From positions 1 through 12,081 of the forward strand of contig JAWOBU010000206.1 of assembly GCA_046484135.1 (NCBI GenBank): 12,081 nucleotides of DNA, read 5' to 3'. Below the pieces are notes generated by a model. That model worked only from the letters and a program-made list of their open reading frames with translations, searched no databases and was not told where the DNA came from. The stretch comes from a bacterium (lineage in GTDB: Bacteria; RBG-13-61-14; DATKZS01). Both the position numbers and the translations under genes were made by a program. Below are positions 6,903 to 12,081 of this stretch, one piece after another. Position 1 is the first letter of the stretch, and each line of letters starts with the position of its first letter.

Positions 6903-8543
6903 TCAGTGCAGCCTTGCGCCGTGCTCTTTGAGGAACCTGCATTTTTGTACGTTGTCGGTTTTCTGTAGGTGAGGCGGCATGTCGAGGTACATGCGCTCTT
7001 TGTCGGAGGTGGTGTATGGCGGCCATTCCGGCAGGCCGGGCCCGTTCGGGTCGCCGTGTTTGGCGAAGTTGGTCCAGTAGCTCATGATAAGTCCCATAAG
7101 CGGTTTTGCTTTTTGTGCCTGGCGTTTGGTGTAGATGCCATTCGTTCCGAGGATGTTGCGGACCAGGCTATCGTCTTTTTTGCCCTCCGGCTTTTGGACG
7201 CCCATCTTTCCGAACACGAAGGGCATCTCTATGCTGTGGGCCGCTCCCATCATATCGGGGAACTTGCTCTCATCGTAGTCGAAGCGATAGTAAAAGGTCC
7301 GGGGCTGGTGCCGGGCCGAGGCCTCTGCCGCCTGAAAGCAGGGACAGCCCAAGGACATATCGCCCATGGCGTCAATGCCGGCGTCCGCGGGCCTGTTGTA
7401 CTGGCGGGGCGGATACAGCTCGCGGAAGCGCTGGTGCTCGTTTTCGCCGAACTCCACGTCAATGGCTTTTTCCAGCACGGACAAGGGAAGGAGCCGGATG
7501 CCGGGGATAAAAAAAGTAAACAGCTTCATCTCGTCCCGGTTGCTGCCGACCATAAGGGGGACGTTGTTGTAATCGCCCGCCCGGAGGAGCTTGATGGGCG
7601 CCTCCGGCAGAACCCGCCCGTCCTCCACCGGAACAAAGGTGAACATGTTGCCGCCCAGGTTCTCCAGGTTTACGCCGCTGCCTGCCCGGAACATCTCTTC
7701 CGGCGACTTCCCGCGCATACAGGATACAAGGTCCTCGCCCTCACAGCCGGCCTCCCGGGCGTAGTTGCGGCCGTGCACAAAGCCCTGCTCACGCGTCATG
7801 GTGGCGGAGCAGGCCCCACTCTGGATGATGGACTTGTGGAACAGACCTTTTGCCGCGGGACAGGCCAGGAGGTTGCATACGCTCCAGCCGCCCGCTGACT
7901 CGCCGAAGATGGTTACGTTGTCCGGGTCGCCCCCAAAGGCCGCGATGTTGTCATGGACCCACTCGAGGGCCCGGACCTGATCGAGCAGGCCGTAGTTCCC
8001 GGAGCTCCCGTGCGGGTCTTCGCCTGCAAGGCCTGGAAGCGACAGGAAACCGAACGGACCCAGCCGGTAGTTTATGGTTACCACTACCACATCCTTTTCC
8101 CGCGCGAGCTGTTCGCCGGTATAAAGGGACATGGAGCTCGAACCCATGATAAGCGCGCCCCCGTGAATCCAGACCATCACCGGGAAAGGTCCTTCCTTTC
8201 TCGGACGCCACACGTTCAGGTACAGGCAGTCCTCGCTCCCCGTAACCTCGCCTTTGCCGCCCAATATTCCCGCGATGTTCTGCTGGGAGCATTGGGGACC
8301 GAACCCGTCGGCCTGAAGGGCAGATTCCCAGGGCGCGGGCTCCTGCGGCGGCTTCCAGCGCAGGTCCCCCACCGGAGGAGCGGCAAAGGGAATGCCCTTC
8401 CAGGCACAGTTTCCTGGAGCGGTCGTGCCCTCCACCGGGCCGGAACCGGTCTTTACCGGCTCCGTGCAATCAACACCCGCCTGCGCAACAGTAGCGGACA
8501 AAACCAACAGCGCCGCGACGAGCAAAAACACTTTCCAACTCAT
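6903..8543 (-). CDS. Secreted type-B carboxylesterase/lipase (para-nitrobenzyl esterase-like)
   Basis: Signal peptide ending AQA. KGIPFAAPPVGDLRW, EDCLYLNVW, VWIHGG, NYRLG..GF, nucleophile FGESAGG, acid NRDE, His in GAAHSIE, YWTNFAK.GDPN. GGAGG RBS. Confidence 0.95.
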   Translation of the reverse strand: MSWKVFLLVAALLVLSATVAQAGVDCTEPVKTGSGPVEGTTAPGNCAWKGIPFAAPPVGDLRWKPPQEPAPWESALQADGFGPQCSQQNIAGILGGKGEVTGSEDCLYLNVWRPRKEGPFPVMVWIHGGALIMGSSSMSLYTGEQLAREKDVVVVTINYRLGPFGFLSLPGLAGEDPHGSSGNYGLLDQVRALEWVHDNIAAFGGDPDNVTIFGESAGGWSVCNLLACPAAKGLFHKSIIQSGACSATMTREQGFVHGRNYAREAGCEGEDLVSCMRGKSPEEMFRAGSGVNLENLGGNMFTFVPVEDGRVLPEAPIKLLRAGDYNNVPLMVGSNRDEMKLFTFFIPGIRLLPLSVLEKAIDVEFGENEHQRFRELYPPRQYNRPADAGIDAMGDMSLGCPCFQAAEASARHQPRTFYYRFDYDESKFPDMMGAAHSIEMPFVFGKMGVQKPEGKKDDSLVRNILGTNGIYTKRQAQKAKPLMGLIMSYWTNFAKHGDPNGPGLPEWPPYTTSDKERMYLDMPPHLQKTDNVQKCRFLKEHGARLH

Positions 8544-8567
8544 GGCAATGCCTCCGTCCCTTTACTT

Positions 8568-8603
8568 ATAAACAGTTTATGGATTAGCAAAAAGCCAAGG
8601 CAA
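8568..8603 (-). promoter_or_regulatory. Possible sigma70 promoter of the esterase-PLC pair with overlapping palindrome
   Basis: Minus strand TTGCCT (8603-8598), 18 nt spacer, TAAACT (8579-8574). Palindrome ATAAAC-A-GTTTAT at 8568-8580 overlaps the -10. Confidence 0.35.
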
Positions 8604-8684
8604 GGTCAAGAAGCAAAGGTTTTCCGATCAGCAAGCCATGGGTGAAGCAGTTTAGTTTTTTGTTTGGGAAAGATCACCTTTTTA

Positions 8685-8713
8685 TTGACAAGTATTCGGT
8701 TCCTGCTTATCTT
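8685..8713 (+). promoter_or_regulatory. Sigma70-type promoter for the peroxiredoxin gene
   Basis: Perfect TTGACA (8685-8690), 17-nt spacer, TATCTT (8708-8713), with T-rich upstream tracts. Confidence 0.65.
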
Positions 8714-8722
8714 TTTTGAAAG

Positions 8723-8737
8723 TCGTAACTATTACGA
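8723..8737. promoter_or_regulatory. Fur-family (PerR/Zur-like) operator palindrome
   Basis: TCGTAA-CTA-TTACGA inverted repeat just downstream of the predicted transcription start. It resembles Fur-family 7-1-7 boxes (GTAA-N3-TTAC core). Confidence 0.6.
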
Positions 8738-8779
8738 AAAACGAAGACCGGTTTTTCAAGAAAGGAGGCGAGAAAGAAA

Positions 8780-9487
8780 ATGGCAGAGTCAAAGGATTCA
8801 TGCGTAGAGCCTGCCAAGGGCCCTATAGGAGCACCCGAGCCGGAGGAGTCATTCTCTTCAAGTCCTGCTCGAAAGGAGGAAAAGATGGTAGCTAAAGTAG
8901 GTAAGCCGGCCCCTGATTTCGAGGCCGGTGCTTATGTGGACGGTGGTTTCAAGAACGTAAAGCTGTCCGATTATGCGGGCAAATGGGTGGTGTTGTGTTT
9001 TTATCCTGGTGATTTCACCTTTGTTTGACCGACCGAGCTGTCGGCGGTCGCCTACAGATATAAAGAGATACAGGAGCTGGGTTGCGAGGTATTAGCTGTC
9101 AGTGTTGACAGCCGCTTCGTTCACAAAATCTGGCAGGAAGAAGAGCTGTCCAAGATGGTTGACGGCGGCGTTCCTTTCCCCATGCTCAGTGACGCCGGAG
9201 GCAAGATCGGCTCGGTTTATGGGGTTTACTCTGAGGAGGCCGGTGTAGACATCCGGGGCCGTTTCATAATTGACCCCGATGGCGTCATCCGAGCCATGGA
9301 GGTTCTGACCCCCGAGGTGGGCCGGAACGTGGAAGAGCTTATTCGACAGGTGAAAGCTTTTCAGCACGTGGTCAAGACCGGCGAGGTCACCCCCTCCGGC
9401 TGGCAGCCGGGCAAGAAGACGCTCAAGCCGGGTCCGGACCTGGCGGGAAAAGTCTGGAAAGAGTGGAAGCCGGAAGACGCCTTCTAA
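8780..9487 (+). CDS. prxU: Selenocysteine-containing peroxiredoxin (AhpC/Prx1 family, PrxU type), 235 aa, Sec at TGA 9026-9028
   Basis: Track ORFs 8780-9028 and 9155-9487 are in the same frame and joined by one TGA. Readthrough gives [44 protein letters not shown]..., placing TGA exactly at the peroxidatic Cys of FYP.DFTFVCPTE. AGGAGG at 8763-8768. Confidence 0.93.
9038..9057 (+). promoter_or_regulatory. Candidate bacterial SECIS element
   Basis: CTGT-C-GGC-[GGTC]-GCC-T-ACAG hairpin. The G-starting apical loop begins 17 nt after the UGA, similar in placement and loop sequence to the E. coli fdhF SECIS. Confidence 0.7.
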
Positions 9488-9514
9488 AAACTTTCCCGCC
9501 TGTTCATCATCATA

Positions 9515-9567
9515 TCACCGCGAAGGAGCGGCGGCCGGAACTCCGGCCGTACCGCCCTTCCGCGTGA
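9515..9567. terminator. Long GC-rich hairpin between convergent prxU and GH47 genes (terminator-like/3'-protective)
   Basis: Core CGGCCGGA-AC-TCCGGCCG (9532-9549), extended by GCGG/CCGC, GAAGG/CCTTC and TCAC/GTGA pairing. No clean adjacent U-tract. Confidence 0.45.
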
Positions 9568-9602
9568 GTTGTTAAAAACCGGGAAACAGATTTTTTAAGG
9601 AC

Positions 9603-10994
9603 CTACCACGTCCTGGTTACGGGGTGTGCTTCGGTGTTGAACACGGTTTTCTCGAGGTCCAGGGTGTCCGGCGGAGCGAACAGCAGGTAAAAGTACTTCA
9701 TGGTCTCGGCCAGGAAGTAGCTTTCCATGGCGTCTCTTTTTTTCATGGTGCGGACGTCGCTGATGCCCGCGTAACCGGCTTCCGTTTTGCAATGCTCTTC
9801 GATGCTGTTCCAGTACACGTAACCCATCCTTCGGTACTTGTCCTCCGAGGTGTAGTAATAGAGATAATAGGCGGACTCGATGATCTCCGGCCGCAAGGGA
9901 TACGCGCCATAGATGACCTTCATGCGGCGGTAATCCAGGGCCTCCGGCTCGATCCCGTGCAGGGTCCACATCCGGTGGCTGGACTCCTGCAACCGCGCCG
10001 CCCGCTCCAGGTCTCCGTCTAACGCTAAAACGCCCGGGAAGAAGGCGTACAGGGCGCCGAACACGGTACCGGTCCTGATGCCGGTGCTCATGCCGGCGTG
10101 GCCGTACCACAAACGGCCGTTCGACTCGTCGGCAAGGTGTTCGTTGATCGCGTTTATGCTGTCCTCCCACATGGCCTTGCAATCCCGGTCGCCGAAGAGA
10201 TGCCAACACTTTAGAAGGTACTCGTAATAGCTGTCTATGCCGCCCCCCACGTGTGCGTCGCGAATCAGCCAGAAGCCGGTTTCCACGTCTATGGCGGTGC
10301 CGACCAGCCCCAGCCGGGAGCGCTCCTCGTAAAGAGCGGTCACTGCCTTTTTGGCCTTTTTATAGTACACGGGGTTGCCGGTAAGCTTAGACAGTGCTCC
10401 GTACTCGACAAGGCAGGTGCCGATCTCGGCGGGGCTGGATACGCGTCCCGAGGTTTTGCCGGTCTTTAAGTTTACGTAGCGATAAGGCATTCCGGTGGGG
10501 GAATCGAAAACCGGGAGCATGCGGTCGGCAAGATCAACGGCGAGCTCGAGGAGCCTCTTGTCGCCGTCCAACTGGTAGGCGGATATGAGACCGCCCAGCA
10601 CCCGTATGGTTATCTCGAAGTGCTGGACCTTCATGTCCTTGTCAAATGAGAGGTTGCCCAAAATGAGCTTTTTGGCTTCCTTTGCTTCATCGTCGAGGCC
10701 CATGATGATCATGGTGTCCAGCGCGTCCACCGGGGTCATCAAAAGCGGCTCTTCGTACCAGTCGCTGTAACTCTTGGACAGAGGTTTAAGCGAGTCGTGG
10801 CCCCGGGCGTGGTCCTTGTAGCCCTGCCAGGCGTGCAGGAAACCGCGGCGGACATCGGCCGCGCTTGCCCGTGAGTCGTCCGCTTTGGCGGTCGCCTTTT
10901 CATGATCGCCTTTTTTAAGGCGCTGCCACGGGCATTGGATACAGAAGACCAGCGCAATAATTACAACCAGGGACTTAAGCCTTCTCTTTATCAT
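9603..10994 (-). CDS. Glycoside hydrolase family 47 (class I alpha-1,2-mannosidase)
   Basis: HAW.GY...A.GHD.L.P.S, VDALDT, FEITIR.LGGL.SAY, F.SPTGMPY, AE.GT...E, GGG.DSYYEYLLK, YPLRPE..ES, MESYF.AET.KY.YLLF, FNTEAHP. GGAGG RBS and N-terminal hydrophobic segment. Confidence 0.95.
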   Translation of the reverse strand: MIKRRLKSLVVIIALVFCIQCPWQRLKKGDHEKATAKADDSRASAADVRRGFLHAWQGYKDHARGHDSLKPLSKSYSDWYEEPLLMTPVDALDTMIIMGLDDEAKEAKKLILGNLSFDKDMKVQHFEITIRVLGGLISAYQLDGDKRLLELAVDLADRMLPVFDSPTGMPYRYVNLKTGKTSGRVSSPAEIGTCLVEYGALSKLTGNPVYYKKAKKAVTALYEERSRLGLVGTAIDVETGFWLIRDAHVGGGIDSYYEYLLKCWHLFGDRDCKAMWEDSINAINEHLADESNGRLWYGHAGMSTGIRTGTVFGALYAFFPGVLALDGDLERAARLQESSHRMWTLHGIEPEALDYRRMKVIYGAYPLRPEIIESAYYLYYYTSEDKYRRMGYVYWNSIEEHCKTEAGYAGISDVRTMKKRDAMESYFLAETMKYFYLLFAPPDTLDLEKTVFNTEAHPVTRTW

Positions 10995-11151
10995 CTTTTT
11001 CCTCCCGGCATGCTCATATGCCGTCGTAATACGTCATTTTTCCAGCTAATCACGGATTTACAGTGCCAGTCAAATACAGCTTTGAAATAAAAACCATGAA
11101 AAATTTCGAGCGGATTGGCGGGCCGTCCGTCTAAACGGATATAATGAGCTC

Positions 11152-11757
11152 ATGCCGATCAGTGACGATACCGATTTAGTACGCCGGGCCCTTTCGGGTG
11201 AGGAGTCCGCTTTTGCCGAGCTGGTCCGGCTCTACCAGGACGTGGTGGCCCGGACCGTATACCGCATAACCCGGCGGGCCGATTGGGTGGAGGACTTAAC
11301 GCAAGAGGTTTTCCTGAAGGCGTTCGAGGGTTTGGGCAGGTTCCGCCGCCGGTCGGGGTTTTCCACCTGGCTTTACCGGATCGCTGTCAACACCAGCCTG
11401 GACGCGCTCCGCAAAGCCGGTACCGACCGGAAAGTTTGCGAGACCGTGTTTTTAGACCGTAGCGGTTTGAACTGGCCTCTTATCTCGGGCGAGAACAGGG
11501 ACGGGGAAAAGATAGTCCTGGATCGGGAGATGCAGTCGCAAGTAAAAGCCGCGATTGACGAGCTGGACCCCCCGACCCGGACCATCCTGGTCTTGCGTTA
11601 CCTGGAGGAGCTGTCCGTGTCCGAGGTGGCGGCGGTAATGCAGATACCGGAAGGGACCGCAAGGTCCAGGCTTTATTACGCCCGGCTTGCGCTGGCCCGG
11701 TTGTTAAAGCCGTACTTTAAGGCCGCGCCAGTGAAAACGGATCACAAGGAGCAATAA
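11152..11757 (+). CDS. ECF-type RNA polymerase sigma-70 factor
   Basis: Region 2: AF.ELV..YQ, EDLTQEVFLKAF, FSTWLYRIAVN. Region 4: R.ILVLRY.EELS..EVA......GT.RSRL..AR. Confidence 0.95.
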   Translation: MPISDDTDLVRRALSGEESAFAELVRLYQDVVARTVYRITRRADWVEDLTQEVFLKAFEGLGRFRRRSGFSTWLYRIAVNTSLDALRKAGTDRKVCETVFLDRSGLNWPLISGENRDGEKIVLDREMQSQVKAAIDELDPPTRTILVLRYLEELSVSEVAAVMQIPEGTARSRLYYARLALARLLKPYFKAAPVKTDHKEQ

Positions 11758-11759
11758 AA

Positions 11760-12081
11760 ATGAGCTGCGATATCTACCGCGAGATGATTCCCGCCTTTCT
11801 GGAAGGAGAGCTCGCAAAAGAAGAGGCCGGGAAAGTGGAGGCCCACCTGTCCGAGTGCAGGGAATGCTCGGAGCTCGCCCGCGAGCTGAGAGGGTCTCTC
11901 CAGGTCTTTCGGGCGGTGGAGCTCAGAGGTTCGTACCCTTCACTTCCGGAAAGCAAGATCAGCAGGATAGCCGCGCTCGGAAAAGAGAGGGCTCCAAGGC
12001 TTTTGCGACTGCGCAGGCTGGCCGCGATTATTGTCCTGGCCTGCCTGGCGGGCGGCGGCATATTCATGAGCAGTTCATATT
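11760..12081 (+). CDS. Zinc-binding (zf-HC2/ZAS) membrane anti-sigma factor, 3'-truncated by window end
   Basis: Absent from ORF track (no stop in window). AAGGAG at 11746-11751, ATG 11760: MSCDIYREMIPAFLEGEL....VEAHLSECREC (HxxxCxxC), later RRLAAIIVLACLAGGGIFM TM segment. Starts 2 bp after the sigma stop. Confidence 0.9.
   Translation, partial: MSCDIYREMIPAFLEGELAKEEAGKVEAHLSECRECSELARELRGSLQVFRAVELRGSYPSLPESKISRIAALGKERAPRLLRLRRLAAIIVLACLAGGGIFMSSSY

Noticed and set aside
8586..8598. Sigma54 promoter on minus strand (TGGC...TTGC)
   Set aside because: The GG-to-GC spacing is too short for a -24/-12 element.
8780..9487. Peroxiredoxin pseudogene or two separate ORFs
   Set aside because: The only interruption is TGA at the catalytic Cys codon with a SECIS-like hairpin. 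The frame and motifs are intact.
474..12067. Numerous long antisense or alternate-frame ORFs (e.g. 474-1292, 1465-2298, 3361-4266, 3515-4513, 4688-5440, 5840-6604, 6969-7898, 9595-10209, 11774-12067)
   Set aside because: Shadow ORFs expected in GC-rich coding DNA. They overlap genes with clear family motifs and have none of their own.

Overview
Bacterial chromosomal window, mostly metabolic genes, from a selenocysteine-using organism (deltaproteobacterial-type by inference only). Gene order: 3' tail of an ICMT/PEMT-like gene (+); Tat-signal DUF2804-like protein (+); Zn-finger/4-TM hypothetical (+); small 2-TM protein, purD and alr (all -); a 263-bp MITE-like element carrying a mirror-symmetric array of REP-like hairpins, then a pseudoknot-forming intergenic stretch; secreted PI-PLC-like phosphodiesterase and type-B carboxylesterase (-); a peroxiredoxin (+); GH47 alpha-1,2-mannosidase (-); ECF sigma and a truncated zf-HC2 anti-sigma (+). 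The ORF track splits the peroxiredoxin, but it is one gene with an in-frame UGA at the catalytic position followed by a SECIS-like hairpin. The best-supported unusual items are this selenoprotein (no canonical resolving Cys, two RBS/ATG starts, Fur/PerR-type operator) and the composite MITE/REP element. The pseudoknot with partial HDV-ribozyme-like topology is the most speculative. I cannot demonstrate a wholly new multi-gene system from sequence alone.
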